Below, one piece after another: positions 50,906 through 64,000 of a stretch of 64,000 nucleotides of DNA. The DNA is from Selaginella moellendorffii. Lineage: Eukaryota > Plantae > Lycopodiophyta. The translations under genes and the position numbers were made by a program. Below the pieces are notes generated by a model. It worked only from the letters and a program-made list of their open reading frames with translations, was not told the DNA's origin and ran no database searches. Each line of letters opens with the position of its first letter. Positions within the stretch are counted from its first letter, which is position 1. The stretch is taken from positions 780,825 through 844,824 of the forward strand of contig NW_003314300.1 in NCBI RefSeq assembly GCF_000143415.4, in the 5' to 3' direction.

Positions 50906-53900
50906 TCCACTTCCTGAAGGAGATATTGGAGGTGGTGGCTCAATGGCAAGGTGATGTGTGGGATTCACTTGAGTGGTGTAATGTTTATAGATGCATTGGA
51001 AAAAGATGGAAACTCCCATCTTTATTTGCCTTCCCTTGCCCACCTATAAGGTAATATTTTTCATTTCGGTCATAAATCCATTGTAGGTGAAATGAGTTAT
51101 GTTTATTTGCCATCTAGTCTTAGTAGCTTCCAATAGGTGTGCTATTTTGATACTAGCATTTTGTGCAATCGTCCTCCCATTGATGATGGCACACAACACT
51201 TTAAGCCTAGCATGATAGTTAAGCTTCAAGTAGGTGAAGTTGTCTCCTTGTCCAGATATGTAATTTAGGAGGATGTATTATTTGGGCATGCGATCTTTCT
51301 TACTCATCATGATTACTTTGCCCTCGTTATCTATGCAAAAAATCTGAGCAAACTAAGTGAGTCCAAAAGGATGGACTCACCTGCAGAAAAGAAAAATATA
51401 TTCCTTTGGGTACTACTTTTATATAAATTCGATCCTTTGCTTGACTGTTGTTTTTGCTTCAAGTAGCTCTGCATAGGTGAGTAACCCAAAGGCATTAATC
51501 CAAAACTTGTCATAGGGAGAAAGCACAAACTCCCTAAACAGCTTTACTTGGCTATAATTTGGCTCCTTGTTGTTGGATGAGATTTCCTCCATATACTCAT
51601 CTTGCCTAGGCATTTTTACTGTCTGTGGAGATTTGTAGGTAAACCACTCGACATTAGGCGACTGGGAGATGGAGTGCAATGCCAACAGAGGTGCCCAAGA
51701 GAGGCCTTGAATCGATGGTGCAAGAGTGGAGTTGACAGCTTGTGGCAGTGGTGTGAGGACAAATTCACTCCACCCAATCGAGAGTGCACTCAACCCAGTA
51801 GGCAGTGACAATGGCATTTGCTCTTGCGCGGCCATAGGTGACATTTAAGCTGCTATCCCTTAAGACTAAATCAGTTGTTAACCTTCTTCTTTTTCGAACC
51901 ATATTCAAAGAAATTTGTCAAAATTTACAAAGACAGGTGTTGTAGCCCATGCCAAAAACAAATTTTTTAGGCAAGTGAGTAGGCAGGCTAATAGACAGTA
52001 GTTAACAATAAGTAGCATAATTCATTCATTGCTGCCATGAATATCAAACACATGACTCTTTCAAAAAACTCTACTAGGAACTCCAAGCCCTAAAACAATT
52101 TCCCAAATTATAAACCTAAATATACAAATCCCTCTTTAAGATATTACCTAGATTTTGTATAACATTGTATCTCTTTCTCAAAACACTTGATTCTCCACAA
52201 CAGAAAACTAAAACAATTGAAACAAAATATCAAACACTAAATCACCAACATTGTTTCTATCCAACTTAAATTCCCCGTGTTCCTTCTGCAAAAAATAACT
52301 AAAAAAATAGGGTTTACCATCATGTTAATTCCTAGAACACACTCTTTTCATTTTTTTTATAAACCAATTCATCCACTTCCTGTCACCCTCAGAATGAATC
52401 TTGGATTCTTACAAGTTGTTTAGTGGTGATCATTCATCATGAGAAGGGAAGAAGGAAAAATCACAACCAAACGGGACAGCCATAACAAACCTGATGGCTA
52501 TAACTTGCATGGACTTTTGTGTGGACTGGTAAAGGTTGTGTTGCCAAAGACTGCCCTTATGGGAAGGAGAGCTAAGCACACATAAACGAGGAGCAAAATG
52601 GCAGACAGGATTTGGTTGATTCTTGGAACTTGGAGCTTGGAAGTAGCCAAGAACAAGAAATAGTTTGCAAGATATATGCTTCATTGCACACTAGATAGTT
52701 GCATCTGCTCATTTAATTGCGAAGGACAAGGAGTTCCAAGTGGAGTGGATCTGCAACCAAGCTCCCAGGGAAGCTCTAGGGATGCATTGGCCACTGCTTA
52801 CCTTAGGTGTGGGACTAACAACATTTGAGCAGGCAAGGCATCACAAAGTTTGTTTATCATCTTGAGAGTGAACATGCTATGTCTGCGAAATACCAGAACC
52901 AACAGGAGAAGAGATCAAGCCTCTTAAAGACCAAACACTAAACACTGTAAACAGTGGTTTTGTATTGAGTAAGACACCTTTTTTTTTCTAAAAGAACTTT
53001 ATAAACCAGAATAAGTTGTTGATTAGAGGGACTTCAAGTTTCAACACGGTGCTAATGGCTATTAAGTCTTAGGTATCAGAGATTTTTAAATACTAAATTT
53101 TTTATCTCTGTAGATTCTTCAAAAAGGAGTCAATTCAGATGTCATTTACTCTGTAGACAGTATTACAGGGATCTCAGCTCCGCTGGGAGAAGCAGAGAAT
53201 GGCTTTGGTTTTGGTATTGGGGTAGTTCAATCTGTTTCTTTTTATTGCTTTCTCTTAACACTATAGTTTGGAGAGATACAATTTTTTTTGTACTGTTGTA
53301 TTAAATATAAAACAAAATATTTTATACTTATGTACATTCTATTTCATACTTCTCTCCAGGTAGTTCAGCATTTTTTTTTCTTCGCAGAAGTTTGCTCAAT
53401 GAAAACCCAACAGTTTTGAAAAGTTCTATAAACTAAACTATAAAGATTCAAGTGAGCACGAAAGGAATAGAAAGAGGACACAAGCCCATCATCCACGGGG
53501 AGCATCTGAGTGTGACACTTTTCATGGACCAATTGCAGCTCTAGATCTTTTTATCTGAAAAGAAAATTATAAAAATCCCTTCTCAACAACTACCTTTTTT
53601 CGAAGATCCTCTTGCTGTTTAGAAACACTAAGGGGCTTTACCTTGCTTAGATTTGCTGTTGTCTGAACAAATTGAAAACATAAGTTAAAATAGCATAAGT
53701 ATTGTACAACTTTTCTAAATAGCTCAGCAAATCAAGTTTGTAGAGCATTGGCTTCAATTTGTTCGTCTCTGTGAGCTACATCTTCAAAACATATGGATGA
53801 GCACATAGGGTAACCACACAGTATCATACCTCCAAATGGAAAGCTTTTGATAGCCTTGTAATACATTGCTGGATCTTGGCATCCACCCTATTTAATTTCT

Positions 53901-55830
53901 GGTAAAGACATCCATGCATGATGTTTTGAGCACAAATCAAAAGCCTCAAAATTCAAATTACTTTCTTACAAAAGTTCTGCTTTATCATGTCTGTAATTTA
54001 TGGGATAAATATTTCACAGCCACTATGCCTTCAAATAACCTGCTATATTTTTCTTCTAGTTCAACATCCAGTATAGAAGGATACCAAATGCAAAGATTGT
54101 CTTCACAATCTGAATCAAAAGGCTGAGTTTTTTTCTATACTAAAATATTCAAGAGAATACAAGTTTTTGATAAAATAAGAGTCTTTAGTTTCTGATTTGA
54201 GGGAACAACTGCATTTCTTTTCAGTGACAGTGGATGTGGGATATATCGATTCAAAGTTATTGAGGTAAAATCCAAGTGCTGAAGGCCTGGAAAACAATAA
54301 GCTTCAAACTTACAATGGGGAACTAAGAACTTGCAGTATGAAAAAAATGGTTGGCCCAAGTGGTTCTTCAAATCCATGGAGCTTGAGTTGCCATCAAGAA
54401 GCCATCCATCCCCAAGCTCTTGAAGGAAAGCATGGATATATTCTGGAAGTGTTATTGTAGTGCACGTGGTTTTAACCCTTTATCCTATAGTGATTTACCA
54501 TAGGATAACACCACGAAGCGGAACCTAAACCCTCTTTGTGCCACGTGACAGATGCCACGTGTCACATGCCATGTGTCCATGCCACGTGTCCATAGGAACC
54601 CGAGGTTCAGGGCCTTGGGCCACTGAACGAAGGAACGGTGCCAAACTCCCAAGCATGGAGCCAAGGAGTGACGGAACCGAACCACGGAGCAACTCCCGAG
54701 CATACAGCCCAAGGAGTGAAGGGACAGGAGCCCGGAGCGACTTGGAACAGTCCTAGAGTAACCAGCATCCCAATGCCAGGACCAACACGCAAAACGGAGC
54801 CAAATGGAGTCTGGCACTATTTTAGCATACCGGTGGCCTAATGCGAGGATATGGGTACTCCACCAACTAGCATGGAATGGAACTTAGGCTTAGACCCAAG
54901 CCGGACGCAGAACAAGGACAGGCACGCAAGCGGGAGCTAGACTATGCCTTAGGTTGGTCGGCCATGCCCGACCTACCCACTATCCCTACTATACATTTGG
55001 AACCCCCCACAGCCCCCCCCCCCCCCCTTGAGGAACACACGCTTTGGGCTTTCACCCCAAGCCTCCCTTAGTATCAGGAGTTAGTCTCTGGGACAAGCTC
55101 GAAACTTACTAAATATGGAATGTCCCTAGATTGCGAATTTGGACACGGGACGAACACCATTGTGTTCAGGACGATCTCTACATTCCGTAGATATGCCAAA
55201 TGAGCAAATTTGGACACTTTCCATAAATAGCATTTGGGACCGAAATGAGACTAACACAAAGGGCATGATAGCGAGGGTGTTTGGCAGACACGGTAAGCTA
55301 TCATCTAGCAATATTGAGGGACCAAGCTCAATATCGCGGGGGTTCCTAACACTAGCAAGTGCAAGCCAACATCATGAGTTTCTCATCACCGTATCAAGTC
55401 TGCTTGACTAAATGACAACTTAGGATTTCCTTCCTTAGTGCCCTTCCGATCTAAGTGCACATGTGATGACCAGTTTCTCAACTAGCTTAGGTGGAGACTG
55501 ATAACGGGCCCAGCAATACCGACCTCCTGCCATCGTGGCAGTAAGGTAAGAGTGTCCGTAAGGACTAATCGACAGGTAACTTTCGATACCCGAAGTCACA
55601 TACGCGACACTCTCCCCCCCCTAGGGAAGATCGACGTCCTCGTCGATGCATACTCGAGTCTAGAATACCGCCAAGGAAACAACTCCAGAAAAAGTTCACG
55701 GTACTCACACTATGTGAGAAATGCACCAACTTAAATGAGTTAGGAGGCAACCTCTTTGTCTAACGCGGATGCGCTACCAGCTTAGACACCTTCCGGCCGT
55801 TGCCGACAAGGAAATGACCAACGGAGTTAG

Positions 55831-56650
55831 TGTAGCGCATGTGATCATGGGATGAGATTTGGATATACTGTCACCGTGGATCCTTAGAACCTTGGGGGAT
55901 AAATGGGGATAAAATAGCTACTAAGGGCTCTCTCATCAAGCAATTGCCCCTTTTCCAGTTGGCTTAAGGGGAGAGAGATAAGGTGCGCTACAGTTGGTAT
56001 CGGAGCAAATGGCACGGGTTCGATTCCCATTGATTAGTGGCTACTTAAAAAGTATAATATACCCTTGAGCAAGGTATATTCCTACCCCTAAATTAGAAAA
56101 TCGTATGTATTGGGCATCCATGCGTACGTCCTTCCTCTTGTGGAGCATCCCAGACGAAGGAATCCACCGTGGGATTGCGGTACGGGTGGATGACTAGTTG
56201 CCTCACATGGAATAGTTGGTCTACACAATGGAAGGATTGGTAGATTGAGTGCGGAAATGGAGGTGCTGGTTCCCCTTGGCTCAGTAGGGGAGCATCCCAG
56301 ACGAAGGAATCCACCGTGGGATTGCGGTACGGGTGGATGACTAGTTGCCTCACATGGAATAGTTGGTCTACACAATGGAAGGATTGGTAGATTGAGTGCG
56401 GAAATGGAGGTGCTGGTTCCCCTTGGCTCAGTAGGGGTTGTTAGTCAATAGTCAATGAGGATATTAACATCTCTGAAGGGGGGGTGAGTGTAGCGCATGT
56501 GATCATGGGATGAGATTTGGATATACTGTCACCGTGGATCCTTGGAACCTTGGGGGATAAATGGGGATAAAATAGCCACTAAGGGCTCTCTCATCAAGCA
56601 ATTGCCCCTTTTCCAGTTGGCTTAAGGGGAGAGAGATAAGGTGCGCTACA
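55831..56650 (+). mobile_element. Intact TRIM with 162-bp LTRs, nested in the L2 element
   Basis: LTRs at 55831-55992 and 56489-56650 (2 differences seen). TSD GTTAG. PBS TGGTATCGGAGC and PPT GAAGGGGGGGTGAG. Internal 147-bp tandem duplication at 56142-56435. Confidence 0.93.
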
Positions 56651-59326
56651 GTTAGCCACCCTTGCTGCTCTGGGAGTCACCCAGCTTACAAAAGTGTGAT
56701 ATGCCCTGCCCGCAGGAACATAGAGAGAGAAGCCAGAAGCCCCAACCCTCCTAAGCAAAGAAACCAAACCCGTCGGTAAGGTTTAGATAGACTACTGTAA
56801 ACAGGCAGTTAGAGTTGTTTACACGGTCACACCCTTTTAACGGAATAAGGAACATCGACAGAGAGGCAAGTTATGTGACCAGTCGACAGTAGCTACCCCA
56901 TGACTAGAGATTTCAACATGCACACGAAGTGCCGAAGCTAGTCTGTCTATTACTGGCCCAAACTCAAAGATCAATAGATGGACAATATCAAAGTCATAAA
57001 CAATGATATCTTAGAGACTTAATTATCAGTGAGTATATCTTAGATTAGAACACAAAAGTATTCCAAGTAAGTTATCATCCAATAAACTAGTATTATAGTA
57101 TAGGAACCACCAAGATCATCATAATTTGGCAAACACAGGTATGACCATCCAACAAAATTCAATAACAAGTGTGTCATCAAGAAAACTCAATGACCAAACT
57201 TAACTATCAAAGATTGCAGATAGAATGCCAAACAACTTACCAAAGAAAACTCAAAGAACACAAAGTATCATCAACTGGCAAGCAAAATGTTCGCGAATGT
57301 ATCACCCGGAGGAAATAACATTCCAATTTATCAGAACAAACTCGAGCAACAATCAACAGTAGAGAATGAATGCGGTAAGACCAACAAACACTCATTCCTG
57401 CCAACTATCACAAAAGCTAATTCAAATAGATCCCAGCCAACAATACCAAGGAACTCAAGTTGCCTAAGCAAGTGTCAGCAACATCCTACTGATGTCTCAA
57501 ACCCAAGAGACCAATCCAGAGCAAATCACAAAGAACATGTGATATTGCAAAAAGCCACAAGCCATCAAAGAGAACAACTAACCACCATAAAAGATCGCCA
57601 ATCATCCTATCAATAGAGAGATGCATAATCATCGTCTAAGAAAGAATCCACTATCTCAAAGAGTAGCGAATTATTCTATATCAACAACAACCAAGCAAAA
57701 CCCTTGACAAGGATAATCAACTATCTTAGATGATAATTAATCATCACCAATGATTGCCAGATGCAAATACTAATGTCAACATCGAAGCTAATGAGCCAAA
57801 ATGCCTTCCCCCAACAACTCCTAACAAATGGAACAATGAGCATGAAAACTCAAAGAACCAAAAGCTCAAAGAAGTCTATAGCCAAGTCTTTCCTAACAAT
57901 GATCACAAGTCTCGCATGGACTAACGTCAATGCTAAAGAAGAAATCATGGTACAACCCACAATATCCTCCTCAACACATCTATAAGCTAAACTTCATAAT
58001 GCAAAGCTAATGAAGAGCATGTTTGCATCAATCCAAAAGCTAAGCATAACAAAGTTATGCTCAACAAGTGATCATCAAGCAATCCTCCATGAATCCATCT
58101 ATAGCAAGACGTAACTCACATCATAACAAGCACAAAAAGAATTATCAATGATTGATATATTTCAACTAAAATCCCATAAGGATTCAAATATCCAATATCG
58201 ATCACTAACTCTCCCGCTTGTAGAGTTAGCATAGTCCATGACGAAATCACTTTTCAAGGAAAAGCCAAAGCTCAACCCTCTACTAAATAATCTCATCATA
58301 GAACACAACTAACTCAAACTTGCCACTCAGTTCATTTGAACGTCAACACAGTTGCTAACTAGCAAATGCACGAATGCTAATAACACAAAGCTATAGCCAA
58401 ATCATCAACACTATCTTCATTAAGACTAATGAAACTCGACATCAATCTTGTGGAGAGACATCTCATTTCACTGAAATCTCAACATTAACAATGTCAACGA
58501 CAAGGCATCACCTCAATGCCATCAACACTAGAACAAAGCTGGAAGAAAGCACGAGTGTATCACCACTCAAAGCTCTCTAGCAACCAAGCTAACCGAAGTC
58601 GGAGATACTTTACTCAGTATCCGAGACCAATCTCTCAACAATACTCAGTCACAGATAACACTTCCTCAAGGAGTGAATCACCACGTCCAAGACTCCATGA
58701 AATCCAACACTATGAACTAAACGCAACCAAATGATATCAACAGAGGTAGAGTCGATATGCCAACATGGAAAACCCATGTAAGTCTAACAACACGATCCTC
58801 CGCAACACCATCCGGTAAAGCAAGCCTATCACTGATAAATCTTCATCGAGTGAAGCAAGTGTCAACAGTCCTTAACAAAGTCTACAAGCAATCACTAGTT
58901 GCCAAGCAACTAACCATCACTTTTCAACTTGCTTTCATGAGACCCAAACACTAAACTCACGTCATTTAGTCATACACTTGTCCAATATGAACATGATACC
59001 TTCGGTATGAGATAAAAGTTCATTGACAAGCACAAACTAAATGACCACTCGAATTCAACTCAACTGCAATAAGCTCACTAATGCATTTAGCCACTAGCTC
59101 TGAGCATGCCTTGAAGAGGCTAGCTATGCATGATCAACATTCAGTTGAAACTAAAGTGAAGACCATGAGATGGATCTATATTGGTACACAACCTCCTCAT
59201 AGACAAAGCTATAGTATGGGTACTAACATCTCAAACTCAAACAACTAAGTTGGACATCACCATCCTTAGCCAAGGTGCAGGGCCACCAAGACCAAATCAA
59301 GATCAGTGAGAGCTCACTACTCTCAT

Positions 59327-59427
59327 NNNNNNNNNNNNNNNNNNNNNNNNNNNNNNNNNNNNNNNNNNNNNNNNNNNNNNNNNNNNNNNNNNNNNNNNNN
59401 NNNNNNNNNNNNNNNNNNNNNNNNNNN
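59327..59427. other. Assembly gap (Ns)
   Basis: Run of N. Confidence 1.
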
Positions 59428-62400
59428 CTACACTAACTCCAGACTCTATCCAACTCAATTGCCTTAGCCCCAAAAGTCAGCATCCCTTTCGGGCCGCATC
59501 ATATAAATTACATACTAAGGTCTAAGCTAACCGAAGTGAACTCCAACCCCTTCACTAGTTTGTATTGGCTTTCGAAAACGGAATGGTTTTCGGACAAAGT
59601 GATAACAGATCAGCCATTGGAAAAGTCTAAGAAAATTTGTGGAAAATTCTCCATCCTAGAGAAAGAATGACTCTCAGTCCAGGAATACAAACTTTTAAGA
59701 CTCAACCAACTTCCTCCTACTAACAACTTCACATACGTTCACCTCAACACAAATTCTCATGACCCATAGTATGCTTAAGCCTCGAACATCTTTCTGCCCA
59801 TTCTTTCGACATCCAACATCGATATCCGTAAAATGCAAATGGAACATCCAAGGTTTGATCACGAAGACCACATCTTCGGATATCCATATTACACTAACAC
59901 TCTTCTTCAACCACTTTCAAGATCCAATGTGAAGCTAAAACACTAACAAGAAAAATGACATGGAAAATCAAGCTCTAAGGAAAATTCCTTATCACTCGAA
60001 GTAACAATGCCACTTCCATTAACACAAGTGCTAGGGATGTCAATGCCCCAACTACACATCTTCTCCATCCAACAATCTACTCCAAGTGTTAACGGATCAA
60101 CTAATAAGCTATAGCAGCTAAATGCTACAACCCTTTTCCAACACCTTAGTGGGCAAACTCAAGGAAACAAGGAACAAGGAACCAACTTAAGCTTAACATA
60201 ATGAACCACCATTGAGAATCCAGTCAAAGCTACTACAATGCTACTTTGTGCAAGTAGACCAGCTTCACCATCAACCACTTTGGGGTTGATCATCGTTTAA
60301 CCAAGCAACTTCGTAAACACATTGCTCATTATCACATGGATATGATATAGAAATCACAATGACTTGATCATCAATTGAGCAACACCACAGGCAATGCTAA
60401 TGTCATTACTTCAAAGGTTTATGTAAGTATTAAGTGTCAACTCGATTTGACAAAATGCAACATAAATGCCACACTCTACCGATAGAGATCTACAACACCC
60501 AACACCACTAACTTTTGTTCACAACACAGACAAGCTCATGCCACTCACTATCCGATCAAACTCAAAACTTAACCCAACACCAAGCTACTCAAGGAGCAAT
60601 AGCAAGGTTCTCCGGAAAAGAATTGAGCATTGCAACCCAAATCTTCCAATAGCAAGCCTAGACAAAATGGTATAGCGCTTCACCGCTATTCATCCCACAA
60701 CTCACCATTTGTAAGACCATCATCTCCAAGATGCATCAAGGTAGGGACTCTTGATTGCATAATGTGAACACGAGCAATGAGTCACACCTCGTTGCAAATC
60801 ATCTCTCCAAGATGAGAAGATGATTTACATGTTTGATCCTCCGTCCCCGATGACTCTTTTTTCGGTTTCATCTTTGACCAAACCTCAAGCTTGCTTCCGC
60901 ACTGTCTTCAATCCAATCCAAGAAAAGTTTATGAGAGAGCACGGCAATGATTACTTGAATCAATAGACTCATCCCTACAGTCTTGATTGATTCACTTGTA
61001 ATCATGCCTAGGAAGGATCCACTAGTGCCGTGCTAAACAGCTACGGACCAGCCTATTTGCCACTCATAGCAAGCTCAGGGAAGGTTTGCTTTCACTCACG
61101 GTACATGGAACAACTCATGGAACCACCGATAGGCTAACATTAATCCTGCCAACTCAAAGTGTAACCTCAAGTTGCTAATGCGCCTCACTCACGAGCCCAA
61201 GCTCAAACTCGTGCTAACGGAGCATCTCAAATCCATCCTATGAGCCCAAGAGCAAGCTCACATTGTTAGGTACAAAAGGTAACCAAAACCATACCCAAGG
61301 AACAAATGTGAACCCTTTGCACCAAACGTGTACCCACTCGGATCATCGTTTTCATCTCTACGTACGCAACGAGACTAGTTGCCTAATCTCATTGAATAGT
61401 ACTCGCTGAGACTCATGCTCTGATACCAAATGTAGCGCACGTGGTTTTGACCCTTTATCCTATAGTGATTTACCATAGGATAACACCACGAAGCGGAACC
61501 TAAACCCTCTTTGTGCCACGTGACAGATGCCACGTGTCACATGCCATGTGTCCATGCCACGTGTCCATAGGAACCCGAGGTTCAGGGCCTTGGGCCACTG
61601 AACGAAGGAACGGTGCCAAACTCCCAAGCATGGAGCCAAGGAGTGACGGAACCGAACCACGGAGCAACTCCCGAGCATACAGCCCAAGGAGTGAAGGGAC
61701 AGGAGCCCGGAGCGACTTAGAACAGTCCTAGAGTAACCAGCATCCCAATGCCAGGACCAGCACGCAAAACGGAGCCAAATGGAGTCTGGCACTATTTTAG
61801 CATACCGGTGGCCTAACGCGAGGATATGGGTACTCCACCAACTAGCATGGAATGGAACTTGGGCTTAGACCCAAGCCGGACGCAGAACAAGGACAGGCAC
61901 GCAAGCGGGAGCTAGACTATGCCTTAGGTTGGTCGGCCATGCCCGACCTACCCACTATCCCTACTATACATTTGGAACCCCTCACAGCCCCCCCCCCCTT
62001 GAGGAACACACGCTTTGGGCTTTCACCCCAAGCCTCCCTTAGTATCAAGAGTTAGTCTCTGGGACAAGCTCGAAACTTACTAAATATGGAATGTCCCTAG
62101 ATTGCGAATTTGGACACGGGACGAACACCATTGTGTTCAGGACGATCTCTACATTCCGTAGATATGCCAAATGAGCAAATCTGGACACTTTCCATAAATA
62201 GCATTTGGGACCGAAACGAGACTAACACAAAGGGCATGATAGCGAGGGTGTTTGGCAGACACGGTAAGCTATCATCTAGCAATATTGAGGGACCAAGCTC
62301 AATATCGCGGGGGTTCCTAACACTAGCAAGTGCAAGCCAACATCATGAGTTTCTCATCACCGTGTCAAGTCTGCTTGACTAAATGACAACTTAGGATTTC

Positions 62401-64000
62401 CTTCCTTGTGCCCTTCCGGTCTAAGTGCACATGTGATGACCAGTTTCTCAACTAGCTTAGGCGGAGACTGATAACGGGCCTAGCAATACCGACCTCCTGC
62501 CATCGTGGCAGTAAGGTAAGAGTGTCCGTAAGGACTAGTCGACAGGTAACTTTCGATACCCGAAGTCACATGCGCGACAGTTATGCTAGTGCAGGTACTA
62601 GTAAGGAACTTTGTATCCCATGCTTAAAGTAACTCTTTAGCAGCTGCAATACTTTGAGTGATATAAAGTTTTTCATTCATTACATTCTCAAGTTTGCTGT
62701 CTAGCCTCTTATCATTGTTATGATGCCAAGTGTTGAAGAGCTCCAAGCAAGCAATTTGTTTGTTGAAAGTGAGCTTGCTTTTTGCGATGTTATAGATCAA
62801 TTCTTCAAGTGCTTTGCCATTTCTTATAAGGACAAGGATTTCAAAGTGGAAAGAGAAAGATAAAAGGGACTAACGTACTGCCATAAGAGCATATCTCTAC
62901 AATGCAATCTAGTCAATCTTTATCGCATCAGATGTCCGCAATTGCAAGTAGCTTCTTCACCTTTGATTTCTTCAAGTTCAAAATGAGCTACTCAATTTGT
63001 TGCAGTTCAAAGTTCTTTTGCCCCTCATCCATCACTTGTGTAATCTTCAAGTATGAGTGTTGTTTTGCCTTGATAATTGGCTAAAAGGAAAACTTGCAAG
63101 TAGAAAACACAAGTTCATGCAAGAAGAGGATACCTTTGCCCAAACCACAACCAAAAAATCTATAAGCACTTGATACCAAGTAAGAAACTCTTGGCCTTTA
63201 CGTGCTACAAGTTTTGCTTGAACTACTTCCATAACCTTGCAACTATACAACATATGGAATTCCTTGAGAGAAAGCATGCTAACATATCAAAGGTGCTTGA
63301 TATTATGGACCAAGGTATAAAGCAAACTAATTATGCCTGTAATATAGTTGGTGAGAACAAAGGTTACTAGTAAGGGATTGATCTTGTGACATGCTAGGTT
63401 GAGCTTCATAGCTTGGTTTTGATCCTTTGGCTCCACAAGTGTCACTAGAACACAAACATGTTACTCGTCATCATCCTAGAACTTCTCTTGGATACACCTC
63501 CAAAATGTTAACCACCAGTGGTTTTTATCAATAATGAAGAACATTTGGCCTACAAATGGTTGTCTCCTTGTGGCACGCTATCAAAGTATCATATCTGATC
63601 CCAAGTTTGCTCAATCTCGCAAGTAACCATGTCTATGTGATTTGTTTCTGGGAATGATGATGACACAATAAATGATCCAGCAATGTGCTTGAATCCAACC
63701 CCTATGAAAGAGGTATATATAACCATGTTAAGGTTGTAGGCTGAGCACACCTAGTGACTCTGCTTAAGATGGCAAAGTGGAATCTGAAGATGTTGGGATC
63801 CTTTCCAAGCCATTTCACCTAACACCCTACTGATAGTTTGTTCTTGAGCTTGGATAATAGTCTCGTGTCACTTATTCAAGATTGTATGAACCTCTAGCAT
63901 AGTTACCACCTCATTTCTGTGACCTTCAAGAGCAACAGCATGTCTGCCATTTCCACCACCAAGATCTGCCCCACCACCTATGGCACTAGATGCCTTATTT

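Larger units (their letters stand above)
54456..62579 (-). mobile_element. Full-length, apparently non-autonomous LTR element (family L2, LARD-like)
   Basis: Near-identical LTRs at 54456-55609 and 61431-62579. TSD GTTAT. PBS at 61417-61428 and PPT at 55610-55622. No recognisable gag/pol ORF in the visible interior. Confidence 0.88.

Noticed and set aside
50906-51844. Decayed minus-strand ORF (141 aa plus continuation), possibly a retroelement accessory ORF
   Set aside because: It looks coding-like but has no motif I can assign with confidence.
62580-64000. Possible degraded hAT-like transposase continuing at ~53600-54455 across the L2 insertion
   Set aside because: Too decayed, and no diagnostic motif could be read reliably.

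Overview
Eukaryotic plant genomic DNA, most likely a lycophyte such as Selaginella. This is an inference from very short introns, dense genes, a PPR gene made of 31-aa SS-type motifs, and a TatI-type retroelement. A compact gene island at ~10.6-19.3 kb holds two tandem alcohol dehydrogenase genes, a PLS-type PPR gene and GPAT9. It is surrounded by nested, mostly decayed Ty3/gypsy elements, solo LTRs and TRIMs, many with readable TSDs, PBSs and PPTs. The most notable feature is a ~9-kb decayed cassette at 23.1-31.8 kb: a spliced gene for an NLS + ParB-like + prokaryote-type beta-class N6A/N4C DNA methyltransferase protein lies head-to-head with a GCM/SWIM-bearing Mutator-like DDE transposase. 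This suggests a DNA transposon that carries its own DNA-modification enzyme. Also notable are an intact Cassandra-type TRIM with 5S rRNA-derived LTRs and two pseudogenes for restriction-endonuclease-fold (Crinkler-like or fungal-like) proteins. All protein family calls come from motif recognition by eye; no database searches were run.
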